A stretch of DNA of 56,444 bases, filler included, from Squatina squatina (taxonomy: Eukaryota): the NCBI GenBank assembly GCA_031763465.1. It is 3 parts of 3 records of this genome, joined end to end, with 100 filler letters (N's around TTAATTAATTAA, not from the genome) between each part and the next. Parts side by side here need not be neighbours in the genome. Positions count along the whole stretch, not along the records: positions 21,510 to 41,765 come from JARFOE010000115.1; 2 more parts are not named here. One strand, written 5' to 3'. Under the pieces are notes generated by a model. That model was not told the origin of the DNA and did not search any database. It was given only the letters and a program-made list of their open reading frames with translations. Made by a program: the position numbers and the translations under genes. How positions within the stretch are numbered: position 1 is the first letter of the stretch; the number at the start of each line of letters is the position of its first letter. This document shows, one piece after another, positions 21,510 to 35,730 of the stretch.

Positions 21510-24500
21510 TTAAACTGAGCACAGGGTAAAATATGACAGGCTTGAACATTAATCTCCTCTGGTAAACATATATATGAATCATTACCTGACTGAGCAAATG
21601 CAATTTAGCTGAAGTATGAGTAGCAGTTCAGTTGAAGCTGCTTGCAGATAGTGGGCAGATTATAATTTGTATCTTCAATGATGCTATTGAAATATGATTT
21701 GGTGTCGTAGTTGTTTCATAAGCTACAAGTTTAATGAAGAGAAAAATAAAAGTAGTAACCCAATGGCTGATCTTTTAATGGTTCAGCCAGTTCATGCAGT
21801 GAGTAGCTGAGTCACAAGGACGAGGAAGGTTCAAGGTCCTATTCCTTGTCTATGCTGGAATGGTTAAACACAGCTGGAGCAGTGGTGAGGCTTCTACAAT
21901 TCACCTGAATGCCTTTGGGTTAAGCAGGAGAAAATTGACAAGAATTTACACTCCTGATTGCTGTCCAGCATCCCCTTATCAAATAACCTACTGAAAGTTG
22001 TTATCGTAGNNNNNNNNNNNNNNNNNNNNNNNNNNNNNNNNNNNNNNNNNNNNNNNNNNNNNNNNNNNNNNNNNNNNNNNNNNNNNNNNNNNNNNNNNNN
22101 NNNNNNNNNTGAACCCACAACCTTCCGACTCCAAGCCATTGCTAACTGAGTCTCAGCTCACACTGCAATGAACCACTTAAGGCTTGCAATAGGCTGTAAT
22201 TCTGAGCTTCACATACATCATGCCCAATTACAACTTTCCCTTGCTTAATTAAAATAAAAATTGGAAGATTCACTACATGTTATTTTTCTCTTCGAGCTAT
22301 TTGTCATAGCACAATGAATTGGATTTTTACTGTAATGGGTGGACAGAATGGCAGCTCACAACTAATGCTTTCGTGAATAGGGTCATATTTGAGAAAAGGT
22401 TTTATTCCAAAGGGATATTGTTTGCCCATATATTTGCAGAATATATGGAAGCTCCAATAACCAACCCTTCTGTTTTGCTGGTAAAATGCATTCCCTGCAC
22501 ATATTTACATTTGAATTTTAAGTACAAATTAACATTTATTTCATTTTCTATTGTCTATAATTCTCAATAGCATTGAAATGTTATTTTGTTTAAATTTATT
22601 TAAATCTTCATTTCCCATGTTTTATATGTCAAAGCACTCTTTTAAATGTTATTGTGCATCTTGTTGGGGGATGACTCCGTTTTTCATTTTAATGACAAGC
22701 TTAAAATATCCGTCAAAATGTAACATGTCATCTGACCTTTAAATACGAGTATTGTAATGAATACTGTCAGCACCAAAGGGTAGACAGAGAGATTCAGTAA
22801 CTCAGGTTGCAGTAGATGATGCACATTGATGAAGATGAAATGTTTTTTATCACTTTATTTATGATTATATTAATGAGATGGGGCATAATACAACAGACCG
22901 GGCACACAGATTTCCTCCGGCAATGTTGTTTGGCTCAAAGAGGAACAATGTTTCATGACTTGAATGCAGTGATAAATTTAAATTGTAACCAAAATAGGAA
23001 TTCAAAAAACCAAAACCTTCCACTGTGATTGGGCTTGATCAAAATATCTCCGGGGCAACACAAGCCTTTATAATGTGTTGTACTCCAGCCTTTTGTTACT
23101 TTGATCGATGACCTTGCTTATCATTTGAACTGAAGCACAGGAGACTGGTTGATTCAATAAAGATGATAAGTACTGTTTGTCATCTCTGATCAAACTTGGA
23201 TTTACGTATGTTTATTCTCTCTTCCTACACCCTCCACTCCCATGATCGATGACTTTATGCTGGAATATGGTTTTATTTTTGCCATTAACTGACTAGTACA
23301 TAGCCCAAGTGGTGAATTCTCATTTGTGAAACTTGACCTTATAGATGGGTTATTTGATTGAGGATATCTGAACATACCTTGATCCTGTGCTCTGCTGACA
23401 TCCGCACAGCACTTGTTTTGCAGAGGTCACTGGTTAGTAATGGCAATCCTAGCTTCTTATTTTCCTCCTCCCCCCCTCCCCCCGCCAACCCTTTCCTTCT
23501 CCCCAAGCCTGGGGCAAGAGACCAATTGTAGTGCCCTGTTGCTGCCCTTCATGAGATCAGCTATTTCAGCACAGATCAGACAGAAACCCAAGACCTTTCC
23601 ACTGTGTGGCTTAGTACTACATCAGGTAATACCTACCAACTCAACCGTCAGCAGAGCTGTTTATAATTCTGAGTAAATGTTTGGGATCTATCTTTTGGTT
23701 CTTGATTAAAGTGGTCAACACCACGGTGGCTAGTGCACTCTATAACGTGGATGTGTGATAATGTTCATACTGAAGGATTATTGATTGCAATATACTCACC
23801 ACAAGCTTATTGAGTGAGTAGATACTACTTGTAGATTTTTTTTCATAGACAGACCAATGTGTTTTACGACTGTCTTAGGGTAGTTACAAATTTATCTATG
23901 TGAGGAGGAATGCCCAGAGACATCAGTTTGCTTCATCAGGAAATGGTCAGTCATTGGGTGGTGTCACTTTGCGCATTCAAAATATAATCAGGTCAAGTTT
24001 GTTGGATCAGACCCGTGCATTTTTGCAACATTAACAACAGTAAATCCTGCAGATTTTAGCCAAACAACAACTTGCATTTATATGATGCCTTTAACATCAC
24101 AAGGCTAGAACCAGGGGGCACAGTCTTAGAATAAGGGAGCAGCCATTTAAGACTGAGATGAGGAGNNNNNNNNNNNNNNNNNNNNNNNNNNNNNNNNNNN
24201 NNNNNNNNNNNNNNNNNNNNNNNNNNNNNNNNNNNNNNNNNNNNNNNNNNNNNNNNNNNNNNNNNTTCCGTCATAACTATGGAGCACATTGGGACATATT
24301 TCTGCATTAAAGGCTCAAGATAAATGCAAGTCGGTGATGATCTGGGTTTGAGTGGTGGGTGGGGGGGGATGCTGTTAGTGGGGGAGCAGGATAGAGGAAG
24401 GTCCAGCACTTTGAACATTTAAACTGTACAAGAACAGTGCAAGTTATTGTTGGCCGTGGTGGAAGCAATTTGAAGCAGCAAACTGGAAGTGCATTGGCTT

Positions 24501-26849
24501 GAGTACTATTTTTCTTAAAGTGTATTGATACCAATATTTTAAATCAACTAATGGCAACACTACAACAGCTGATGAGGCTCTTTCCTTTGCATAGTAACTT
24601 CTGTGAAGCTTTCATAAACCTAGAGACGTACCTGCATATTTTTGTATTGCATTTCTAAGAACAGGAGGTAAGGAGAGGAATTTAGTTGAGAGAATTTTGA
24701 TTTTATTTCAAAGTTTTTTTCTTCTTTTAATGTTGAGAGACCATAGTTGTATCTGTGTATGTCCCAATCCTTTGTAGATGGGTCTCTGGGTTAGTAGGAT
24801 TATAGTGGGTCAGTCACTGCACAATGTGCTGTCTGTAGGAGAGAATGTGCGGCTGTAGTCTACGCAGTCCACCCACATACAACATGGCAGCCCTGGTAGG
24901 TTACTGGCAGTGTTGCTCTTCCTTCATAACTTTTAAGAATTTTCTTAGCATCATACTTTTGATAGTTTATCTACAGAATTGCAGTAAGAGTAATTCTAAC
25001 ACCAAAAATGAATTGACTCCCAAATTTGGTATTGACGATAGAATGTTTTTGTATATTTCTGTACCAGAAAATGCTCCTTATACTTGTCGACCACTGCTAG
25101 CTCTTTTGCAAGAATGAAACTTAGAAAACAGAATTGCGNNNNNNNNNNNNNNNNNNNNNNNNNNNNNNNNNNNNNNNNNNNNNNNNNNNNNNNNNNNNNN
25201 NNNNNNNNNNNNNNNNNNNNNNNNNNNNNNNNNNNNNNATGATCTTCAGTCCACCTGGTGACCCATTATTTGCTATAGATTTTATATCTAACCTTTGACC
25301 CATGAAATGATGACTTTGCCCTATCCTTGCAGGTGCTTTGGCATCACTCCAAAGATTAGCTGCACATGGCAGTGAGTTTAACTGATTTGTGATGCACCAT
25401 ATGTGTTGTATAATCTGTCTGTCTCTGCCTCTTCCTCCTTCTTGTTCTTCCCAAGTTGAATTTGATAAGTGGCCTGGCACAAAATACATTGTCCAAGAAA
25501 TGTCTATTAGCTATATGGCATTAACATCTGAAATATTTTATATATTCTTGTGCTTAAAAAAAAATTGTACTGTAACAAAACATTTGAAGTAAATGAAGGA
25601 ACACAGAACAAAATTTTTAGTGGAACACCCTGGTTTAAAAGATGCTTATTCTGGTTTAAAAAACATTTATTGCAAAGGTTTATTTTTCTTATTGAACATG
25701 TGTGGCCATAAATTGCAGAGAATCTACACTGGAGGATCTTTCGGCTTCAATTAATTTTTAATAAATATTGAAAGTAAACGCTTTTTCCCTCTTCCCCTTT
25801 CTATCATATCACAGATGCTCTCTTTTTTTGTCTTGTGAATTTTATTAATTATTTTGAACTACAAACAACTTTCTTTCAAGAGCTTTTAAAGGTAAGACCA
25901 TGCGCTTCAGTTTTAAAAGGCCAACCTTAAAACCTGCAGCTTTACGTAGGGTACCCTCTTTTAAAACTGAAGTTGATTCAAAATGTTGCTTTTTGTGGGT
26001 GGTGACTGGATGTTAGGAGAGCTTATTTTGACTGCTGGCCTATGTTCATTCTTAAGCATATGTTTATTAAATTAATTGGAATGTTTTTGTTTTCTGAATA
26101 CAATATATTGCCACTTGGAATACATCTTGCACATTCTGCTTTCATTTTATTGTTTGCCATCTGTCCTGACGTCTGCCAGCTGAGAGCGCCTCCCCTAATG
26201 TGCACTTCTGTAATTAGATGCCTGTGGCTCCCCTCAAAGTAGAAACAATGGGTGGCTTTTGTGCTGCACATCAACATGGCCTCAAGGTGGCAATTCATAC
26301 CCTTGCCAATCTGCTGTGGTGCAAACAGCCCCAGATGGCTTCCTGCAGTGGGGCTTCAGTGTTGCAAGATCTTTGTCCCAGCTTTAAGAACACCATTTGN
26401 NNNNNNNNNNNNNNNNNNNNNNNNNNNNNNNNNNNNNNNNNNNNNNNNNNNNNNNNNNNNNNNNNNNNNNNNNNNNNNNNNNNNNNNNNNNNNNNNNNNN
26501 NNNNNNNNNNNNNNNNNNNNNNNNNNNNNNNNNNNNNTGTGTGGTGGTTGGAGAAAGGGGCGTCACCATCTGTTCTTCATTCCCAGATCAGTGAATTAGT
26601 AGCCCTATGTGATGAGATCAGCTAGATCAGCTTTCACGACAGGGCACTGCACTCGCTTCATCTCGACTTCTCCATCTGGGCTGTCGTTCTCTCTAAGAGA
26701 AAGCAAGGCTTTTTAACACATCAAGGTTCCTTTTACTCTGATGGAAGGTACAGGATTTATCAAAAGTGATATGTGGCGTATACCCTGATGGTTATGTTCA
26801 GCTTGCAAGCATTTTTTTTTACTATCCTGTCTGTATCTGCCTGCCTGGC

Positions 26850-27175
26850 TTCACACTGAGCAAGGAAGTACTTCTACCCTGTTTGTTTGCTGCTGATTAC
26901 TGCACAGATGTGTTTCCCAGAGCTTCTGCACTGCAAGTTAAGTTGGTTCAGAATTCTCTTGCCCTCTCTCTCCCTCTCTGTCTCTGTTTCTCAATTCTTA
27001 CTAGATTTTTCTGAACTGCTTTTCCTGATTGAAAGTGTGTGTCTGAGCTTGTTCCCAGTTAGTGGCTTTTTTACAATAGCTTCACCGACAAGACAGCAGC
27101 AGCTTAATGAGTTGGGACCATTTCTGCGGACAGGGCTGTTCTAATTCCATTCAAAAATAATTGACTGTTTCTATG
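26850..27175 (+). other. Candidate upstream non-coding exon of SPSB4 (start approximate)
   Basis: Consensus donor ATG|GTGAGT at 27175/27176, 810 nt before the acceptor at 27985/27986. Confidence 0.4.
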
Positions 27176-28127
27176 GTGAGTATTTCTTTTGTGCTAATGT
27201 TAACATCCCAAAAGGTAATGATTGTCATTCATCTGCATTGACATTTGTCTTAGAAATGTAGATTAATTTGAGCAGGATATAAACTGTTATGACCATTTAT
27301 GTTTTTGATCAAAAATCCTAGTGAATGCCAAAAGGTGAAGCCAGTTTCATGTCTGCCCTAATCAGTGAGCTGGATGATGACCCAACACAGTCCTGCAGGG
27401 CACTATTGTCAAAGGTTCATGAATCAAACACAGTATTTGTGTTGAAATGAGTTTGGCAAGATTCATTTTGTTATCTCTAGCTCTTGAAGGTTACACAGAT
27501 TACAAGGGTTTGATATATGACTGGCGCAGCAGTGTATATGTGCAGAAAGAAAGACCTATTTGTATCTCCACTGTTTGATCGGCATTGAGTGTTAGGGCTC
27601 TATTAGATGTTCAAAATGCACANNNNNNNNNNNNNNNNNNNNNNNNNNNNNNNNNNNNNNNNNNNNNNNNNNNNNNNNNNNNNNNNNNNNNNNNNNNNNN
27701 NNNNNNNNNNNNNNNNNNNNNNGTATCCCATTATGAATCAGAGGAAGTTTCGTCTGAACTTACAGTAATGTGGGAAAATTGCATCCTGCTTCAGTTCTTT
27801 TACCGGTTACAGACTAGTAGGAGCTACTAGGAGATTTAGCTAAGGGTGTACAGTTTTTACTTTTCTTTCCCATTCCCTAAAATAAGAGATTGTTTATGGA
27901 ATGTTAGTGAAGGAAGGAGAAAAAACATTTTTGTCTGGAAAAAAATCTTCCTTGGAGCTTACTTTGATTTTTTTTTCATTTTCAGTTTTCCCTGAAGGAA
28001 GCTGTTCTCTGACTGCAAAAGGAGGAAATAAATCAGTCTGCTTGTCGTACTGTTGGCTCATTGTGAAGTGCTTACATGAGGTAACGATAGGCCAAGACAA
28101 TCTTCTCAGTGGTTTTTGAGCCAAGAA

Positions 28128-28821
28128 ATGGGCCAGAAAATCTCAGGGAATATAAAGTCTGTGGATGTGAGGGAACCAGCCTACAGGCCAGTTAAGCGAG
28201 AGTTGCGAGGTCCTGACTTCTGCAAACCAACTCGGCTTGACATGCTACTGGACATGCCATCAGCTTCTCGTGAAGTTCAGCTCAAACATGCCTGGAACAA
28301 CGAAGACCGTTCACTGAACATTTTCGTAAAAGAAGATGACAAGGTAACCTTTCACAGACATCCAGTAGCCCAGAGCACAGATTGTATCCGAGGAAAAGTT
28401 GGGTACACACGAGGGCTTCACGTCTGGCAGATTCACTGGCCCACGAGGCAGAGAGGAACACATGCAGTGGTTGGCGTGGCAACAGCTGAAGCTCCCTTGC
28501 ATTCTGTGGGATACACCTCGTTAGTGGGCAGCAATAATGAATCATGGGGTTGGGACTTGGGTCGCAACAAACTATATCACAACAGTAAAAATCAGCCAGG
28601 ACCAATCTATCCGGTGTTTTTGGAGCCAGATGAATCTTTTGTGCTGCCAGATAGTTTCTTGGTGGTTTTGGACATGGATGAAGGAACACTGAGTTTCATA
28701 GTGGATGGACAATATCTAGGTGTTGCCTTCAGAGGTCTGAAAGGGAAAAAACTGTACCCAATAGTCAGTGCAGTCTGGGGGCACTGCGAAATAACAATCA
28801 GATACATCAATGGACTTGACC
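28128..28821 (+). CDS. SPSB4: SPRY domain-containing SOCS box protein 4, first coding exon (SPRY domain)
   Basis: [17 protein letters not shown]...[42 protein letters not shown] matches SPSB4 better than SPSB1. Acceptor TTTTCAG at 27985, donor C|GTAAGT at 28821/28822 (phase 1). Confidence 0.95.
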
Positions 28822-31093
28822 GTAAGTCACATTTAAAATCTTTTGACTTTTTATTTACATACACGNNNNNNNNNNNNNNNNNNNNNNNNNNNNNNNNNNN
28901 NNNNNNNNNNNNNNNNNNNNNNNNNNNNNNNNNNNNNNNNNNNNNNNNNNNNNNNNNNNNNNNNNTTTTTAACAATCTAATTATAATTTTCATTTCAGTG
29001 TTTTAATGTTCTGTTTTAGTCAATGCACTTAATGCATTTTATGTAGATTGTGAACTGCAGTTGCCAAGCATTTATCAAATGTGAGTCTGAGGTGGAAATA
29101 GTTTTTCCTTATTGCTGGGCCTCCACAATTTGGGCATAACTCCTTAGAAATGTAAATACAAAAGAATGACATCTGGCAGATTTCAGTCTTTTCTGAAACC
29201 TGTTACTAGAGACGATGTGATTTTGAAGGGATTGTTGCAGTGATTGCAACAGCCAGGTGGANNNNNNNNNNTTTTTTAGTAAATTGAAAAATGTTTTTTA
29301 AACTGTGATTGAAAGTAACGGGGGTGGGGGTAGTCATCTCGGCAGTTGATAAATCGATATGAATTATGTCGAATCAATCTAATCCAACTTCAGTCCCTGT
29401 AGGATAGGTGCTGGCTGGAATGATCAGAGTAACGTAATTGCTGAGTGTAGCTCATGTATTTCACAAATGAAGATGTTGCAGTGTTTATATTCACTTAGCT
29501 GCTGTTTTTTGTCAACCAAGGTAATTAACCTGGGTAATTGGCAGCAATATGCAAGTTAAACCACTTTTATTCTTGCTGCCTATTTAGATTGGATTCTGGG
29601 AGGCTCATAATAAATTCAGTTCACCTAACCTGGTGGCAGAATCATTTACCCACGGAAGCGTATGTCTCGCATACTGTTGCTAAGATAAAGTTGTTGGGCT
29701 TAGTAGTATAAACTTACTAGCTGGCTCAAAGATACTGGTCTCCCAGGATCCAGTGTCAATGTAAAAGGAACTTTAGTGAACTAACTGACGGACTGTTTGC
29801 CTAGTAATCAACTACTGCAGTAATCACNNNNNNNNNNNNNNNNNNNNNNNNNNNNNNNNNNNNNNNNNNNNNNNNNNNNNNNNNNNNNNNNNNNNNNNNN
29901 NNNNNNNNNNNNNNNNNNNNNNNNNNNACAGCATGAACAGGGATGATCTCATCTGTCAGGCTTTTTTTATGGTCTCCAGTGGAGAAGTGTGAATTCCAGA
30001 TTCTGTTCATCTGGTATAATGTCCCTTGGGTCAAAGGGCTATTTTGACAAGGTTACTTGAAGTTCCTTTTGTTAAAAATTGAGCGTTTAGGTAACCTGAA
30101 AGAAAGATTTTGACCATAGAAGTTCTGCTGTTTCAGGAATGAGCAACATTTATAACCTTTAGCCTTCTGCTCCCTGGGCATAGAGCTTTGCATATTCCAT
30201 TTCTATTGGCTTACTTTTGAAATCAAGAATTTGAAATGAAAAACAAAAAATCTATTCACTGGCTCTGAAACCAATTGCGATCTGTAATTGGATAAGTGTT
30301 CAGCTTATCATGGATGTGTTAATTTTGCCTTGATTCTATTTGAATAAACCAGCAGTCCTGGCCTTTGCACAAGCAGTGTTCTGGCGCTGCTAATGGAAGC
30401 TTCTATTAGTTTGGACATAGTCTTTTTCTTTCTGTCACGTTAATGGCTGCTCTCACTTTTTTTTGAGTTGTACTGCGATGTTGAAATCTCTGTGTTGGCC
30501 ATTTAAAAAAAAAAATTCAGCTCATGCACGATGAGGTTGAAAATTCCCCTATTAATTGGATGTAATTTGTCCGGATTACAATGTGATAAATGGGGCAAAA
30601 GGTTTCCAAAACCAAATGCATTCATTGCAAGGAGTGCAGATTTCATTGGTTCAGTTGGTCAGGAATATCTGTTTGGACATTTCTTTACTCAAAGTTACCT
30701 GTAGTTCCTGGAAATACAGGAAAATTAGCTGCAAATTGTATATGAAATAACTTTACTCTGTGATGAAACTATATGTTACCTAGCCTTTACAGTTTCCCTT
30801 TATCTCTTTCTCTCAATCCAATCTTTCTTTCCCACTTATTTCTCTTTCTGTACTTAATTTGACTCTAATTCACCTCATTTCCTTCTCCATTGTTCCTCTG
30901 TTCCTTTCTCTATTCTTAAGTTTCTTTGGTTAAGGAGATGCACTGTTGGTCCCGTCATTCACTGAGGTCCCAAATGCCCCATTGCCCTCGCCACTGTTAT
31001 CAGCTCGCGCTCCCAGCAAGTTACGGCGCAAAAAGACTTGAGCTGAAGGGTGCAGGAAAAGTCTAACAGTGTATGTTGTGAGATGCCCCACTA

Positions 31094-31225
31094 CAATGTT
31101 CCCCCTAAGGTGCGCAGCCACCAATCGCTCATCAGCGCCTGCCGCTGGAAGATGCCGTGCGTGTGCGGCTGTGCAATAAATTTAAAGGGATTGCATACAT
31201 AGACAGCAAATTAGAGGGAGCATTG
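31094..31225. mobile_element. 132-bp MITE with 15-bp TIRs and a 7-bp target-site duplication
   Basis: CAATGTTCCCCCTAA / TTAGAGGGAGCATTG (13/15 inverted match). CCCACTA flanks both sides (31087-31093, 31226-31232). Confidence 0.8.
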
Positions 31226-31789
31226 CCCACTACAGCAAGTACTGGCCCATTATTTGCACTAATGTAACAGAGATGCCAGAATTAAAATACTCCTATTTTG
31301 AGAGCAAGAGGAGGGCATAAAATTAAGTTTAAAGTTGTCATCCCACAACTTGGTAAGTTTAAAAAGCCTTCCATTGTTTCATGTCATCCACCGAAAGAAT
31401 GGAAGAGCAGGCTGTCCACTTCTGGGCTTCTGCCAGCAGTATCTGAATGCACTGCTTGGTAAGGAACCGAGCTTACAGATTGAGAAGGTTACTTGTCTCT
31501 TGCTGAACTGGTTGATTTCTGCTGGAGCAGAAGTAGTTGTGTGGCAAACGACCTTCGAGAGTCTGGGCTGGGGAGTGGAAAAGGTACCTTACTCATATTC
31601 TTGATGGTTGAGTCAAGTGACTCTACTAGAATGTGCTTGTACTGGGTGTTTGGTGAGAAGATTGGGTTTGGCAAATGATGTTGAAACAGCTCTGCTGCTG
31701 TTTGCTGCTGGTATGATGGAGTCTGTACACTTAGTCATGAATAATTAAAAATCCTATTACTCTTAACACATTGCATAAATGTAAGTTCT

Positions 31790-32017
31790 TTATCACATCT
31801 CCATACATCTCAAGCTGTGTGAATTACTTTTGAAGTGCTATGTAGACACACCTAGCAGCCAGTTTATGTACAGCAAGTCCCACAAACAGGAAATGAATGA
31901 CCTGTTAATCTACATTTGGTGGTGACAGTTAAGGATAAATGTTAGTCAGGACACAGAGACCACCCTGCTCTTCTTCGTGTAGTGCCATGGGATCTTTTAT
32001 ATCTACCTGAACAGGCA
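31790..32017 (-). mobile_element. SacSINE1/DeuSINE-like fragment
   Basis: Similar to 5078-5397 (GTGCCATGGGATCTTTTAT..ACCTGA..AGGCA). Confidence 0.6.
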
Positions 32018-33683
32018 AAGTAAAGAAATGGTTCCTGATATAATTACAAATCTAGCACATTTTTACCAGTGGATCTTTACATTGAAGTCAGTTGTGGTTG
32101 CTTCCTATTGTCCACTAACTTCTGATTAGTGATGCAAATGAATGTTAGGAGTTGGCATATTAACTGGAAGCTACCAAATAAGTAGGGAGCCTGGAAGCTA
32201 TTTGTATGACATGCTGTTCAAGGGCGGCGATTATAACTTTATTGGTTCAACTGAATCACCAAGACAAAACATTTGGAAATTGGTTCAGAAATTAGCAGAG
32301 GTGAGCTTGAGGTGGAATGTTTCCCTGGCCCAACCAGCATCTACTCTATTACCCGAGAAGCCTTACTAGTGTTCCCTTTGAAGAATTGCTCTGTTGAAGA
32401 AAGATGACATTGTTCCTGCTCCTATTGCTTATGTTATGTTAGTAGAAAGGTAATGAGGTAACACTGTCCAAGGGGACTTGGGCAAAGAAGAATTGAGTTT
32501 AGAACTGATGTAATTCCTAGTTTAGCTTTCTCTTTCTCCTCTGGAAGAATCTCCAGAGTTGAATGCTGGTTTCTCCCCGTTGGTGTGCAGGATATATTAA
32601 TTAATTGATATACTAGGGCCCAGCTATAACGTGGCTTGCTATAGCGCAGAACTTGGTATAACCCGGGGTCCGTCTTGGACCCCAAAATCATGATTTTTTG
32701 AATGTGTATTATGGAAAAAGGACCTACAGTATTCCATAACTACGTGCTCCACACATTATTCAGTACCATCAATTAACATAAGGACCTCGTAATAACACAG
32801 TCTCACCTATAATGTGATATGGACAGTGTTATAGTGGGGCCCAGTGTATTGTGTTGGTATTGGTTTGATACAAAAGGCTTGACTCTTAATTTTGCAAAAT
32901 GCATATCCAATAGTTTGGAATAATGAATGGATGTGTGGAAAGGGTTTATGAACTTGCAGAGTAGACTTTGGGGTTAATGACCTTCAGATTTGGCGCTCTC
33001 AAAAATGTTACAAATTAAATAAATGAATGGTTTTGTGGCCCCCTGTGGTGAGTGTCTGCCTTGCGGTTAGATTTCAGATAATATGTTGAGAATTCCAGTC
33101 TGAGTGTCAGCAAATGTATTGACGTCTTAAAGAACACTTTCAGGGCTTCATTGTTCAGGAAAATGTTTTTAAAAGAATGCAGAACTCTGGACTACAGGCT
33201 ACTTCAAGTATTTAAGATGCCCTGTAGCAGAATTAATGAAAAGGAGGTGAATTGTAGGTTAAAAGACATGTGGATTTTGGTTTGTGCTTTTTTTCCCTCC
33301 GCATTGTTGCTTAATTAAATATTTCTTTCTGAATAGAATTGGCTGGATTCAGGAAAGACTTGGGTGTGTTTCCCTAAGCCTCCAATTATAATATATGAAT
33401 GAAGTGTTTTTTTTAAAACCTGTGTTCTAGAGCTGAATATAGATTATTATGGAGAAAGAGGTGGGGGAGTCTTTCATTAGAATTCTGTTAGTTCTACCCA
33501 GGGAAATGTGTCCATATTCTTCGGCTGTTAGACCGACAGATATCTAAATATTACAGGAAAGGCTGACATCACGTCAAAGATAAGGAGTGTCCTGGTTTAG
33601 AAAGGGAAAAAACAAATTTCTTACGGATATTTTCCAGTCTGGTTATAGTGGTTAGAGGGGAAATGAATGTGAATCACTTTACA

Positions 33684-33979
33684 CTGGCCTTTATCTCATG
33701 GGGTCTGGAATACAAAGGGGAGGAAGTTATGCTTAAGTTGTACAGAACCTTGGTTCAACCCCATCTGGAGTACTGCATTCAGTTTTGGGCACCGCACCTC
33801 AGGAAAGATATATTAGCCTTGGAGGGGATACAGTGCAGATTCACCAGAATGACACTGGGGCTGAAAGGGTTAAACTATGAGGACAGGTTGCATAAACTTG
33901 GTTTGTATTCTCTTGAGTTAGAAAATTGAGGGGTGATCTGACCGAGGTGTTTAAAATGATAAAGGCATTTGAAAGGGTA
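33684..33979 (+). mobile_element. CR1-clade LINE ORF2 C-terminal fragment
   Basis: Translates LEYKGEEVMLKLYRTLVQPHLEYCIQFWAPHLRKDILALEGIQCRFTRM...LGLYSLE, typical of the CR1 RT tail. Frameshifted near 33926. Confidence 0.9.
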
Positions 33980-35602
33980 NNNNNNNNNNNNNNNNNNNNN
34001 NNNNNNNNNNNNNNNNNNNNNNNNNNNNNNNNNNNNNNNNNNNNNNNNNNNNNNNNNNNNNNNNNNNNNNNNNNNNNNNCTAATTCAGAAGAGCAAAGGA
34101 TACAGGAGGTGATGTAGCTTTGAAGAAAGTGGCAGAGATAAGGTGGGGCAATGGGGGAATTTGCAGATAAGGATTTTTAAATTTATGCATTCGGAGATGA
34201 GAAGCCAGTGTAGATCAGCAAGGATGGAGATGATGGACGATGCAGCATTTTCTGTTTTGTTTCAGATTTCATTTGCACATTTTTTACTATTTATTTATTT
34301 ATCTATCTATCTATCAGGAAGAGATCAACCTGAATTATATTGTGCTCTCTGAATTAGATTGTGACCAAAATGGGAAGCAAAGTATATATAACATCTATTT
34401 TATGCCCTGTTACTTGTCATTGGGTTCTTAAGAGAAACACAAATTAGCTGTTCACACCTTTGTCTGAACTTTATACTGCCAATTACTTTTGGCTTGTGCT
34501 ATATATGCAGAAGCTTTTAAAGAAAAGTGTTTAAACTCCACAACAAGGAGCTCGCCATTTATGACCAGCTTTAGCTGTACTCAATTGCTAGTATAAAGAA
34601 TTCCACAAGCTATTCTTTGGGCTCTAGTCTCTGGTTGGGAAGAAACTGCTGAGGCTTTTCAGAAACATATGTTTGCACTAGCCTGACTGCAGAAGGATTT
34701 GCATGGTTGACTAGATGATGTGCATTGGAGCCAACAGAGGCATTAGGCCCACAAAGCCCATTTCAATCCTGAATAATGTATGAAGGGTCTGCTCTCAGTT
34801 GGTTTATTAACAGCTGTTGTCAAGCATGTGCCCTTTGGCTGCCTTTTTGCAAACTGCTTTCAGAAATGGCAGTACAGTTAAATTACTGGATTTTAGATAC
34901 GTGCTAACTTCTGTTGGAGGTCAACTAATGGGATTATGGATATTGTATGTCATAACCATATCAATAATGCAGAATGAGGCCACCTTTGGAATTGATTTGC
35001 CTGTGTAAAATGTAGGCAAGACTGCTGCATATGGCCAAAAGCCTCAAAAAGTAACTTGTTGTAAAATTCTGTTGTAATCTTTCGATTTGATGTTGGAATT
35101 GTGGAGTGCGGGAGAGGTAGAGAAAAAGAGATTAAAGGCGCCCAATTAGCTTCTGGCATTAAGGGACGAATTGGGGAGCACAAAGTTCAGATCTTTGAAA
35201 TTTCACTTTAAGGCCTGCAATTTGACACTTTGAAAAAAAAGTTTCAGACAGCTTTAAAAACCGTTCTAATTTCAGCGCTAAAGAGCACTTTTAATCTTAG
35301 TTTATTTCAGGAGGCGAATTGTGGGGCGGATCTCAGGAGATGCTATCAAGTGCCAGGCCACCTCAGCCCTTAAAGGGGTTCGTTCTGGAGACACAAGCAA
35401 TACATAGGTCAGTCAAATCATAGATCGTTGGTGGGTGAGGAGGGTTTGTCTTGTCGACTGCTCTGCTTGGCAGACATAACCNNNNNNNNNNNNNNNNNNN
35501 NNNNNNNNNNNNNNNNNNNNNNNNNNNNNNNNNNNNNNNNNNNNNNNNNNNNNNNNNNNNNNNNNNNNNNNNNNNNNNNNNACTACTTATTTTTTATTTC
35601 AG

Positions 35603-35730
35603 CGGAGCCACTGCCTTTAATGGACTTGTGCCGAAGATCCATTCGCCTTTCTCTTGGCAGGGAACGATTGCATGAAATAGAGACCCTGCCCATGCCTGTT
35701 TCTCTGAAGAATTATTTACAGTACCAGTGA
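35603..35730 (+). CDS. SPSB4: SPSB4 last coding exon (SOCS box)
   Basis: Acceptor TTTTATTTCAG|CG, then (P)EPLPLMDLCRRSIRLSLGRERLHEIETLPMPVSLKNYLQYQ*. 694+128 = 822 nt = 273 aa + stop. Confidence 0.96.

Noticed and set aside
28116-28127. TTG-initiated N-terminal extension of SPSB4
   Set aside because: The conserved protein starts MGQK with a myristoylation-like Gly2, and nothing supports a near-cognate start.
28282-28993. Antisense ORFs over SPSB4
   Set aside because: Shadows of the real coding exon.
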